IMG/VR virus record: IMGVR_UViG_3300006226_001721
Coordinates: 10,314 to 74,313 of that record
Source of the DNA: a virus
DNA length: 64,000 nt
Reading direction: 5' to 3' (one strand)
Part shown: positions 50,534 to 58,829 of the stretch, one piece after another
How positions within the stretch are numbered: the stretch's first letter is position 1
Layout: every line of letters starts with the position of its first letter
The notes under the pieces: generated by a model
Databases searched by the model: none
What the model was told of the DNA's origin: nothing
Seen by the model: only the letters and a program-made list of their open reading frames with translations
Position numbers and translations under genes: made by a program

Positions 50534-51308
50534 AGATCTCCTTTTTTAGTTGTTTGATAGCGAGCTCTTCTAAGAACTCACGACCAGCGTGTTTCAATAC
50601 TTCTAATTTTTCTTTATATTGAACATATTTCTTATATTCATCAAAAGCTGCTCTGATACACTCTTCATGTGTAAATTGTGTGTTGTCTCTTGCTATATCT
50701 ATTAAACAGCTCAGAGTCTCAATAGTTACATCTTTTCGTATTATTGATTCTCGATACATATTAGTAGCCTTTTCTTTGAATGTAGTTTTATGTTCTGGTG
50801 AATCTCGATATCCGTCTTCATTATCATTACCACCCGACACATAAGAATCTGGATTAAACAAAAACTTAATAAGAGTATCTCTGTTCTTAAAACACTCATT
50901 AGATATAGACTGATGATCAATATAAGCATCAAAATATTTTCTGTCATACACATTTAATTGTGTCACTATTTCACCACAATGAAGATATTCTTTTAGAACA
51001 TCAAATAACATAAACTGATTATATGAATTATCATCAGCCTTTTTGCTAGTTTCTACTATGTAAATTTCTCCATCTGCATATTGTGCTTGTAATAATGCCC
51101 AACATAACTTGTCTTCAAAACGATCATACATTTTGTATTCCCAACCAAACTGATAATGCGGCTTATCTAAATCATTAGGAATGGATAACGTATTATATAT
51201 AGTATTTGTTATTAAGTATTTTTCTGGAATTTCAAGTTTGTCATTATAATTAACTACAATGAATGAACTACTTGAACTATTACTAACAAAACTATTTCTA
51301 ATTTTCAT
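50520..51308 (-). CDS. MKxRxxFVSNSSSSSF-family hypothetical protein
   Basis: MKIRNSFVSNSSSSSF N-terminus. Confidence 0.6.
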   Translation of the reverse strand: MKIRNSFVSNSSSSSFIVVNYNDKLEIPEKYLITNTIYNTLSIPNDLDKPHYQFGWEYKMYDRFEDKLCWALLQAQYADGEIYIVETSKKADDNSYNQFMLFDVLKEYLHCGEIVTQLNVYDRKYFDAYIDHQSISNECFKNRDTLIKFLFNPDSYVSGGNDNEDGYRDSPEHKTTFKEKATNMYRESIIRKDVTIETLSCLIDIARDNTQFTHEECIRAAFDEYKKYVQYKEKLEVLKHAGREFLEELAIKQLKKEIYGAD

Positions 51309-51528
51309 CTTCTTTCTCCAATATTACTAATGATGCAAATACTATCTGTGTGTAAAACTTAGCCCAATTTGATGTACCTGTTGCTTGACCAACTCCATAT
51401 GATCCAGAACTCATTCGTTCTATTGACTTAATATTCCAACCTTGATCTAATAGTATATTTAATTTGTCAACGTTAGAATCCCAACCTTCATTATATGATT
51501 GGTACACTATAAATATTTTAGTTTTCAT
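51298..51528 (-). CDS. Hypothetical protein
   Basis: Coupled ORF. Confidence 0.5.
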   Translation of the reverse strand: MKTKIFIVYQSYNEGWDSNVDKLNILLDQGWNIKSIERMSSGSYGVGQATGTSNWAKFYTQIVFASLVILEKEDEN

Positions 51529-51823
51529 GCTTTTTGCCTACATTTTCCACCACAAGCTTCAAAACCGTCTCCCTCAATAATGTCTTTATAAGAAATACCA
51601 ATTTTTGAAGATATTCTATAAAGTCAAAATTATTCATACATGTACAATAACTTAAAACATCTTTATTATTTTTAACTAAAACCCAAGGATCTGAATCAGC
51701 ATATTCTTCACCACTATTTTTATGGTCTTTAATTAGCTTAATTTGCTTTGGTGATAAGTTCTCCTTTTTAAGAACAAAAGAACTGCTAGAGCTGTTGCTA
51801 ACAAAACATAGACGTATTTTCAT
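51518..51823 (-). CDS. MKxRxxFVSNSSSSSF-family hypothetical protein, possible 3' frameshift
   Basis: MKIRLCFVSNSSSSSF N-terminus. Confidence 0.55.
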   Translation of the reverse strand: MKIRLCFVSNSSSSSFVLKKENLSPKQIKLIKDHKNSGEEYADSDPWVLVKNNKDVLSYCTCMNNFDFIEYLQKLVFLIKTLLRETVLKLVVENVGKKHEN

Positions 51824-51852
51824 TATTTCTCCTATAATAGTATATTAACAAT

Positions 51853-51879
51853 AAAAAAGCTCTATCCAAAGATAGAGCT
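51853..51879 (-). terminator. Intrinsic terminator closing the ACAGCA RNA array
   Basis: AGCTCTATC-TTTG-GATAGAGCT followed by a U-tract. Confidence 0.85.
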
Positions 51880-51881
51880 AC

Positions 51882-52208
51882 TAGATTCTCAAAAAATTAT
51901 TTTAATTAACCAGATTAAATTTTATAAGTATAACTTGCTGTTAGAATCTAAAAACAAGACGCTCTATAAGATAGCCGAAGCTATTTGTAAGTGTCGAAAC
52001 TTACTAAATTTCATTAAAAATTAAAATTATTACCAGATTGTATAATTTGCTGTAAGCGTCTTAAAATCTCCTTTTTATAATAACACGATACGTCTTTGCT
52101 TCAAAATTCCAAGTATTTTTGCTTTAAGTTTTGCTGTATGTACCGTAAACTAAAATTCTAAAATCACGATGCATTTTTAACCATTGTAATAAATGCTGTT
52201 AGCACCGT
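51882..52208 (-). ncRNA. Tandem array of four stem-loop RNAs carrying ACAGCA
   Basis: Units 52166-52208, 52085-52146, 51956-52062, 51882-51950; each has a 7-8 bp closing stem immediately followed by WWACAGCA. Confidence 0.7.
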
Positions 52209-52262
52209 CTATCTATATAACGTTCAGAGCCGGTAAGGGAGGTGAACAACCAGCTCTTACTT

Positions 52263-52281
52263 GTTATTTAGTTATATTAAC
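52263..52281 (-). promoter_or_regulatory. Compound promoter GTTAATATAACTAAATAAC upstream of the RNA array
   Basis: Identical 19-mer at 53798-53816 upstream of the DUF2828 gene. Confidence 0.7.
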
Positions 52282-53777
52282 ACGATTGGTTTGTACCTTT
52301 CGCTATTTAATATCTCCAATAAGGCTTGATATGGATCAAGAGTTCCACTCATCACCATTTTGATTAAGTTGATGCTAAAGCCGCTCACTAAAGCTACTCC
52401 GCATTCGTTTTCTACAACAGGAATTGCTCCAGTTCTACTGTTCACATTCCAAAAGATCAAACGTGGAAGTTTGTAACCTAAGTTAGCATACTCGTTTGCT
52501 ATGTGTTGAAAAAGCTTGACATCAGTTCGACCAGTACAAGCATCGAATTCCATATCTGAAATGATCAAAACGTTCTTAATCATTTCTTCTTGTGTCATTT
52601 TAGCTTTTGCAGCTGTTCTTAATATCAACTCAAACACGGCTTGTATGTTAGTATTAGCAACTTCATTATGTTCGAGTGCTATCAACATTTTACCTAAGAG
52701 TGACTGAGCGCTTGAAAAGTTGATCATTTGTGGTCGTTCACTGAAAGTAATGTACTTATCTTTGAAGTCACCAACATTGTGTTCGGCACAGTAGATAGCC
52801 AACGCATTAGCTATTTCTAAAGCCTGAGCTGAAGTGCCTGGAATTGTTGTCATCATTGATCCACTTCCATCTGCAACGACTAAAGTGTCTCGCAAACCAT
52901 ATTCTGGCAATGCTTTCCACATAGCTTCAATAGCTGGATCAACCTTATTATGAGTGATCTTTCGTGACCATGGATCCATCTTACAACCATATTGATGCAC
53001 TATATCGTGTGGAAATGCTACTGATGCATTGATCTTAGCTTCACCCTTTTCAAGCTTACCAAGATACTCACGTCGTCTTTCTTCATCATTCTTTAAGAAC
53101 GCGTTACGATACTTTAAGTTTGCCATTGATGGTACATGTTCATAATTGATAGCGCCCCACTTTTTGGCGGCCGCTTTGACTTCAATAACGTCAAGATAGG
53201 CTCTTAATGATGAAAGCATCTTACGATAATCACGTTCTTTCATACTCAAAGCCATTGCTAACTTACGAGCCATTTTACGAACACCAGCTGAACTAGTGTT
53301 GACGCTTGGCATCCATTTAGCACAAAGTGATGCTGGCTTTCCAGCCTTCATTGCGATAACGTCATCATTTAGCTGCTTAGATAAGATAGCCACAACTTCT
53401 TCTTGAGCTGAGTCGAACGCGATAAGTAAGTCATCCCACCGACCATATTCTGGTACCAACTTCAAAAGTGGCTTAACGCGAACATCTAACGTAATAAGTC
53501 GTTGCAAGATTGTACGGAACAAATCTCTCTCACCTAAGCCCTCTCTAACGTCTCTGACGAAGAAAAGCCACTTAACTGCTAATTCTGCATTTTCTGAGTA
53601 AGCTTTAGTAAAGTCTTGTATGATTGTTTGTTGTGAAGCGCCTCTGTAAGAAGCAACTTTGAAGTTCATGTCTAAAAGAGCACGACCTGTTGATACGTGG
53701 ACACGAGCACCATTTTCTGTATAAGCATCTCGTGATATTTCACTCTGCACGAGTTCTTTTTCGATAGCATTAATCAT
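52272..53777 (-). CDS. DUF2828-family vWA/TROVE-like protein
   Basis: VRDVREGLGER, VPEYGRWDDL, AKWMPS, DGSGSM (MIDAS), TFS, IISDMEFD, FWNV, SGFS. Confidence 0.8.
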   Translation of the reverse strand: MINAIEKELVQSEISRDAYTENGARVHVSTGRALLDMNFKVASYRGASQQTIIQDFTKAYSENAELAVKWLFFVRDVREGLGERDLFRTILQRLITLDVRVKPLLKLVPEYGRWDDLLIAFDSAQEEVVAILSKQLNDDVIAMKAGKPASLCAKWMPSVNTSSAGVRKMARKLAMALSMKERDYRKMLSSLRAYLDVIEVKAAAKKWGAINYEHVPSMANLKYRNAFLKNDEERRREYLGKLEKGEAKINASVAFPHDIVHQYGCKMDPWSRKITHNKVDPAIEAMWKALPEYGLRDTLVVADGSGSMMTTIPGTSAQALEIANALAIYCAEHNVGDFKDKYITFSERPQMINFSSAQSLLGKMLIALEHNEVANTNIQAVFELILRTAAKAKMTQEEMIKNVLIISDMEFDACTGRTDVKLFQHIANEYANLGYKLPRLIFWNVNSRTGAIPVVENECGVALVSGFSINLIKMVMSGTLDPYQALLEILNSERYKPIVLI

Positions 53778-53797
53778 TATAAAATCTCCTCTGGTTA

Positions 53798-53816
53798 GTT
53801 ATTTAGTTATATTAAC
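53798..53816 (-). promoter_or_regulatory. Compound promoter upstream of the DUF2828 gene
   Basis: Identical to 52263-52281. Confidence 0.7.
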
Positions 53817-53829
53817 ATAAACTGAAAAA

Positions 53830-53901
53830 TAGTTCCAACCGGATTTGCACCGATACTACAACCTTCGCAGGGTTGTGTGTTATCTATTACACTATGGAAC
53901 T
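53830..53901 (-). tRNA. tRNA-Arg(GCG)
   Basis: Cloverleaf; anticodon loop CT-GCG-AA; no encoded CCA. Confidence 0.9.
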
Positions 53902-54118
53902 AAAAGATACGCCAAGGCCGTAGTTGCTTAAGAAAAAAGATAGAAAAGTATATAGCAAAGTATGGCCACATTAGAAAGCACAACATAAAATGAAGCACTT
54001 TTTCACTGAGGAGTTCTACTGAATCTTTTAACGCTAATTCATTACAAACGGCAAATATCATGCCAATAACAAAATAAGAAATCAAATACATCATATCCGA
54101 TCCTAACAGGAATTGCAC
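53900..54118 (-). CDS. Small membrane protein
   Basis: Two hydrophobic segments between tRNAs. Confidence 0.45.
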   Translation of the reverse strand: MQFLLGSDMMYLISYFVIGMIFAVCNELALKDSVELLSEKVLHFMLCFLMWPYFAIYFSIFFLKQLRPWRIF

Positions 54119-54169
54119 CCATATTCCTGGTTCCGAAGACCAGTGTCTTATCTGTTAGACGATAGGACC
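54098..54169 (-). tRNA. tRNA-Arg(TCG)
   Basis: Cloverleaf; loop CT-TCG-GA. Confidence 0.9.
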
Positions 54170-54304
54170 TCAATCAAAAATATCTTCTAATACTTCTTCT
54201 ATTTTCTCAGGTATATCTTCAAAAATAACTTCAGGTACCTTTTCAAATAAAAATTCTGGTACATCCTCAAAAATAAAATCTAATAAACCCATTTAAATTC
54301 CTTT

Positions 54305-54377
54305 TACCTCCAGAGAGAATTGCACTCCCGACCAACGGATTAGAAGTCCGCTACTCTATCTCCTGAGTTATGGAGGC
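54305..54377 (-). tRNA. tRNA-Arg(TCT)
   Basis: Cloverleaf; loop CT-TCT-AA. Confidence 0.9.
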
Positions 54378-54725
54378 GTTCATAAACTTCGCTCTATCTC
54401 GAAATAGGCGATCAATATCTTTTTGTACATCTGTTAAGTCACTTTCTACAATGATAAGACCATCATTAGGAGTTGCCCAAACTGAAATGAAGCAACAGTC
54501 AGGATCATCATAGTTGTAGTTGAAAGTGATCTCTGGTTCTCTGTGCCAGATGACATCTAATCCATCTTCTCCTAGAACGATATAGATATCTGAATCTATC
54601 ACATTAGCCAACTTTTCTAAGAATTTGGCTGATAGTGTCATATTCAGCTTTATCTTACCATAAAGTTGAATGTATCGCTTTATAGCATCTTGCATCTTCA
54701 AATCTAACATATGTAGTGTTATCAT
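54351..54725 (-). CDS. Hypothetical protein
   Basis: ORF whose 3' end overlaps tRNA-Arg(TCT). Confidence 0.45.
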   Translation of the reverse strand: MITLHMLDLKMQDAIKRYIQLYGKIKLNMTLSAKFLEKLANVIDSDIYIVLGEDGLDVIWHREPEITFNYNYDDPDCCFISVWATPNDGLIIVESDLTDVQKDIDRLFRDRAKFMNASITQEIE

Positions 54726-54878
54726 AATAAATAGTAACGGATGGGAACAACCGCCCTTCACTCGATCGATTGAATGGGTCCGTCAACTCCATAAGACAGT
54801 TTGCTATGATTGTCTCCTAACACAGAACGTAACGTGTTCATCTACGTCACAGTCTACTACTATAGTCTCGACTGTTAG

Positions 54879-54951
54879 TCAGAACGGCTGGATTTGAACC
54901 AGCGACATCTTGGCTCCAGACCAAGCAGGCTCCCAACTGCCCTACGCTCTG
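54879..54951 (-). tRNA. tRNA-Pro(TGG)
   Basis: Cloverleaf, C1-G72, A73; loop TC-TGG-AG. Confidence 0.85.
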
Positions 54952-54962
54952 ATACGGGTGAT

Positions 54963-55124
54963 ATGGATAGGAAATGGATTGGACCACTCATCTTTTACAC
55001 ATAGTATGATTACTCCTGTTTTCGTCATACTGTCTACTATTCTCTTAACTAGTATGGGTGAGAAATACGTAGAACCCTCTTTGCACTCCTGCTAGTGTAA
55101 CTGTTTTCTTTAAACTACTATCCA
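54963..55124 (-). ncRNA. tRNA scaffold with a 96-nt insert replacing the anticodon loop
   Basis: Acceptor TGGATAG/CTATCCA, D stem GTTT/AAAC, anticodon stem TTACA/TGTAA, degenerate T arm. Confidence 0.6.
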
Positions 55125-55130
55125 AGCTAT

Positions 55131-55288
55131 TCGACAAGGTAGAGTTACGAACTCTCATTTTCTGCAAAGGTGTTCAACATCAGCGTCGACTATGCCAACG
55201 TTGAATGAAGGGCTTATCAGTGTCCGGATTGTTGCCCACACTCATCTCTCTCCGATATTGCAGCTGTTTTTCATTAAACTACAAGTCG
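55131..55288 (-). ncRNA. tRNA scaffold with a 90-nt insert replacing the anticodon loop
   Basis: Acceptor CGACTTG/CTTGTCG (two U-U), D arm nearly identical to its neighbour, stem CTGCAA/TTGCAG, T loop TTCGTAA. Confidence 0.55.
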
Positions 55289-55405
55289 TTAAAATGTGGG
55301 CTTTCCACCCACTCTGGGATTCCACCAGTTGGCTCATTACTAGTTCACCTCACCTGTTAACTCAGGGACTCTCGAAAGAGCGGAGTTTAGTGAACATCGC
55401 AAGAT

Positions 55406-55478
55406 TGGACCTGACGCGATTCGAACGCGCATTTCACTCCTTGCAAAAGAGGACGATAGCCTTTATCGTAACAAGCCC
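55406..55478 (-). tRNA. tRNA-Ala(TGC); an alternative register would read GCA
   Basis: G3.U70 and A73 Ala determinants; loop TT-TGC-AA. Confidence 0.7.
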
Positions 55479-55483
55479 AAAAG

Positions 55484-55681
55484 CAGGAACTGTCTAAGGC
55501 GACACTAGACGAACAGCTCCTATTGTACGCATCCTCACCAGGCCTTACGTAAGTATGTAGTCGCAAAGTGTGGATCTAAGATCTTTATTGAACGACTATA
55601 TCCTCGGCCATACTAAACCGGACCTGGTAACTTTAGTCCAGGCTACATAACAGATACTAAACTCCCTAGGGTTTTTCTGCT
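55484..55681 (-). ncRNA. Unassigned structured RNA between tRNA-Gly and tRNA-Ala
   Basis: AGCAG/CTGCT closing helix, CCTGG/CCAGG, TAGTCG/CGACTA, GGAGCTGT/ACAGTTCC. Confidence 0.45.
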
Positions 55682-55686
55682 GTTTG

Positions 55687-55759
55687 AGCGGGTAAGGGGA
55701 ATTGAACCCCTGACAACAAGTTTGGAAAACTCGTACTCTACCAACTGAGTTACACCCGC
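55687..55759 (-). tRNA. tRNA-Gly(TCC)
   Basis: Cloverleaf; loop TT-TCC-AA; U73. Confidence 0.92.
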
Positions 55760-55766
55760 AAAAATG

Positions 55767-55848
55767 CACCGGTCCGCGGGCTTAGCACCCACGGTCCGGC
55801 GTCTTAAACTATTTTGACGTACATAGTTCATGACGCTATGCAACCGGT
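55767..55848 (-). ncRNA. Degenerate tRNA-like element
   Basis: ACCGGT/ACCGGT acceptor, ATAG/CTAT D stem, extended T stem CCGTGGG/CCCGCGG, 12-nt anticodon loop. Confidence 0.4.
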
Positions 55849-55849
55849 T

Positions 55850-56515
55850 TCTATCCCGTCGGATCTTTTCCAGGATAACCTTCAACCTGCTGGCTGCCAA
55901 ACTATGGGCATTTAAAGCGGTACCTCTACCAGAATTTCTACTAATTTGAAGCTGCAGCAATTACCCGCACTTATGACCTTTTGAGTCCACTTCTTATTTC
56001 CACCACTTAGTATGCCGCAATTCGGCGGGTGCGGCTCACATTCACTTTTAGACCAACGAACGTGAAAGTCATGGATATACAGACGAACGACCATCTGCTG
56101 TTAGTCCTTCTGCCCTCCGGCGAACCAACTCCCAAACTGACGTCTCTACTCGTCCAACATTTGGGTATTTTCTACTAACAATAAAGTTCAAGGCTTAACC
56201 GATTCGCGGTACCACCTTTTACTTCACTATCAATAACGGTCAATAAAAGCCGCGCTTACTTAATATACCGCCAACGCGTGGGTCACGGTCAGGATTACAC
56301 TTCCGTCATATCTTGGTGGTCCAGCGACCTGTTGGTAACTCTACACCTAATGTCACATCCTAATAAGTTCTACCAAGTGGCTCGTACCAATAGAGCTCTT
56401 CTTGCAGCCGTAAGCTTGAATTAAGTCCCTGATCCAGATACTCACCACCTCCAGCGGCCTGTTGGCAACTCTCAGCTTGTTATATCCGCTAGCAGGAGCG
56501 GCTCTCGGTTTCCCT
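55850..56515 (-). ncRNA. Candidate large structured ncRNA (or cluster of them)
   Basis: No credible ORF, GC-richer, starts at the early promoter, 22-nt repeat at 56321-56342 and 56451-56472. Confidence 0.4.
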
Positions 56516-56517
56516 TA

Positions 56518-56554
56518 CATATATCATATAAGATTAGATCTTATATCGTTCAAA
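56518..56554 (-). promoter_or_regulatory. Sigma70-like early promoter, copy 3
   Basis: Same 37-nt layout as 5436-5472. Confidence 0.7.
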
Positions 56555-56661
56555 ATACTATGCTGGCAAGAGGTCTTGCACCATTCAACTATCTTTACGC
56601 TCGAGCCGTAGATAAGTCTTCGCCCCTTCGTTTCGTCTCCACTACTCCGCCGGCTTCCAGC

Positions 56662-56847
56662 TTATATGTACTCCGTCAGATCTTCTTCTAACGGCGTAAT
56701 TGCTATTCCATACTTCTTTTTGAGACGATATCCCTCTTCTAGAATGCCGTCTTCTAAACCATGATTGTAACCATTAGCATAACCTATCTTCATAGAAAAG
56801 ACAGCTACCAAGATAAGTCCAACTAATAGCAAACTATACGCTATCAT
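56662..56847 (-). CDS. Small membrane protein
   Basis: N-terminal TM helix. Confidence 0.5.
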   Translation of the reverse strand: MIAYSLLLVGLILVAVFSMKIGYANGYNHGLEDGILEEGYRLKKKYGIAITPLEEDLTEYI

Positions 56848-57017
56848 CGGCTAACTTGTCTATGGCTTTACGTATGGCTGATGCCATGTTGTGGACATCA
56901 TTTGTAGTTTCACATTGATTGAAAAGCTCTGTCATTCGTTTAGTCAGTTGATGTAGAGCATTAAAGATGATTGTTGGCTTGTTTTCTTCCATAATGATAT
57001 ATTAACATTAGTATAAG

Positions 57018-57138
57018 TCCGCCAGACAGGGTTTGCACCTGTACGATGGTCTAGCCATCAGCAGGCTATACTCACCAGCCCTCCGGCCTTAAGGTTACAT
57101 ATAGTTCCCGCCGCGTCTCCTATTTTCGCCACTGACGA
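57018..57138 (-). ncRNA. tRNA-Leu-type scaffold with a 41-nt anticodon loop
   Basis: Leu-type D arm TGGCGAAAATAGGAGACGC, stem GCGGG/CCTGC, long variable arm, T arm ACAGG-TGCAAAC-CCTGT, A73. Confidence 0.65.
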
Positions 57139-57213
57139 CAGAGCCGCCGCGATTTGAACGCGGAATTACCTGATTTGGAGTCAGGAGGCTTAGCCAATTA
57201 AACCGACGGCTCT
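57139..57213 (-). tRNA. tRNA-Trp(CCA)
   Basis: Cloverleaf; loop CT-CCA-AA; G73. Confidence 0.9.
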
Positions 57214-57505
57214 ATTTTAATGGACGGATATACTGTCGATAAGTGTTCCAAGCTTGAACTGGAGTTGCATCACCGAAGACAAATCGTGTCCTATACTGTC
57301 CGCAACAGCAACACTGAAGTTGCTCTCCGCATGTACAACAAGTGGAAGAAGACTGTCCGGCATTTTGTTCCAAACGCCATTTTTCGTATTCTTGTAAGAA
57401 GAACTCTCTCATAGTAGTTGCGCCTGTGTAGTCGTACATCTTCCAATTATCAGGTTGCTTCTTTTCTTTGTGTACATAATGACAATGGTTATGTTTGCAT
57501 TTCAT
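57212..57505 (-). CDS. Cys/His-rich hypothetical protein
   Basis: CKHNHCH and CCTC...CCCC; ACTAACTA motif 2 nt before ATG. Confidence 0.5.
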   Translation of the reverse strand: MKCKHNHCHYVHKEKKQPDNWKMYDYTGATTMREFFLQEYEKWRLEQNAGQSSSTCCTCGEQLQCCCCGQYRTRFVFGDATPVQAWNTYRQYIRPLK

Positions 57506-57823
57506 ATTAGTTAGTAACGCTTCTTCGGTGGCTTTACATCTTTAAGAAGATTCTCTATTTGGTACATCTCTCTTAAGACGTCTTCCTCTCTACTCTTATT
57601 CCCATTCTCTCTAGCATAAATGAGTTGGTCTATCTTCCTCTTATAGATTTTACGTAAATGATGTTCAGATAGGCCCTCATACCCATTCATTTACTCTCCT
57701 ATAACATGTTGATCAGCTGTATTACTAAATTTCCTATGCTACCAACAATAATGATGCTTGTTCCTATTAGCATCAATAGTTCATATTTCCTTATTGACAT
57801 ATTATCCTCTCTAAATTAAGATA

Positions 57824-57895
57824 GGTGACATACGGGAATCGAACCCGTGTATCAAGATCCACAATCTTGCGCCTAAACCACTCGGCCAATGCCAC
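57824..57895 (-). tRNA. tRNA-His(GTG)
   Basis: Cloverleaf; loop TT-GTG-GA; C73. Confidence 0.9.
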
Positions 57896-57949
57896 ATACG
57901 GAATAGATGGTTCTGCCCCACCGCCGTAATTCTTTACGCTTGCTTTCGC

Positions 57950-58432
57950 CTAGCTGTCCAACCCATAATAGAATATGCCGTTGTCCTGCTTTTTACTCCG
58001 TTCTATTTTCTTCATTTCTTTTTCTATTTCTTCTTTCTTATATTCTAATTCCTTTATCGACCTATATGCTTGCCAATGTTCGTTAAAGTTGATAGATTCT
58101 TTGAACTCCTCAAACCATTTACTTTCGCGCTGTTCTGTTTCTGAAAGCTCTCTTTCTTTTGACCAATACTTAGTCGGATGGCCTTTCCCAACAACAAAAG
58201 CATAGCTAAAAAGAACAAGCCCTGCAATGAGATACAGTCCACCTATAAAGATCGTTATCACTAAGTTCATCCAACCCATCCCCCAGATGAATCTACTTAA
58301 TGTCCAAAGTTCTTGCGGATTCATTAGAATGGCTCCTAACAATGCAAACATCAAACAGAAAAAGCCATTACAGGCTGCATAAAAGTAGACTGTCTTTTTG
58401 ACGATAGACCTTATCTCACTATAACTAAACAT
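57950..58432 (-). CDS. Membrane protein
   Basis: Two TM segments plus a coiled-coil tail. Confidence 0.55.
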   Translation of the reverse strand: MFSYSEIRSIVKKTVYFYAACNGFFCLMFALLGAILMNPQELWTLSRFIWGMGWMNLVITIFIGGLYLIAGLVLFSYAFVVGKGHPTKYWSKERELSETEQRESKWFEEFKESINFNEHWQAYRSIKELEYKKEEIEKEMKKIERSKKQDNGIFYYGLDS

Positions 58433-58443
58433 ATTACTCCTCT

Positions 58444-58514
58444 AGCAGAAGGCCGGTAACGCTCCGGCATCACGTATTTGGCAAACACGTATCTTTCTGT
58501 TGGACCACATCTGC
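58444..58514 (-). tRNA. tRNA-Gly(GCC)
   Basis: Cloverleaf; loop TT-GCC-AA; U73; atypical T loop AGCGTTA. Confidence 0.8.
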
Positions 58515-58647
58515 ACGACACTTAGAACACAGTCCATATTCATAGACTGGGTTATCTAAATCTTCTCCTTCTTTAACGTCGTGTTCTATTACGTCCCCAC
58601 ATATAGAACACCATACCACCCTACTCATCTCTTTCCCCCTTTTTCGA

Positions 58648-58718
58648 TACTCGATAAAGGATTTGCACCTCTGCGAAAACGGTGTAAACGTTCCATGCTC
58701 CTGTTACATCAATCGAGC
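58648..58718 (-). tRNA. tRNA-Val(TAC)
   Basis: Cloverleaf; loop TT-TAC-AC. Confidence 0.88.
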
Positions 58719-58755
58719 ATATACCAGATAAGGGACTTGCACCCTATACTCTTTT

Positions 58756-58829
58756 TACACGGGGTGAGATTCGAACTCACACTACTAAGGGCCTAAACCT
58801 TATGACTCCTTCCGTTGGTCTACCCGTGC
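58756..58829 (-). tRNA. tRNA-Leu(TAG) with a short variable loop
   Basis: Cloverleaf; loop TT-TAG-GC; 5-nt variable region. Confidence 0.8.

Noticed and set aside
51882-52208. CRISPR array
   Set aside because: Only a 6-8 nt motif is shared, unit lengths vary from 43 to 107 nt, and no cas genes are present
54963-55124. Amber suppressor tRNA-Gln (U1-A72 with CTA near the 3' stem)
   Set aside because: It needs an unsupported splice, would give U37, and the genome shows no TAG readthrough
54963-57138. Group I introns in the tRNA scaffolds
   Set aside because: The inserts are 41-96 nt, too short, and lack an ordered P3-P7 core
57897-57990. Degenerate tRNA-like sequence overlapping the end of the 57950..58432 ORF
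   Set aside because: T-like and variable-like hairpins are present but D and anticodon arms cannot be assigned
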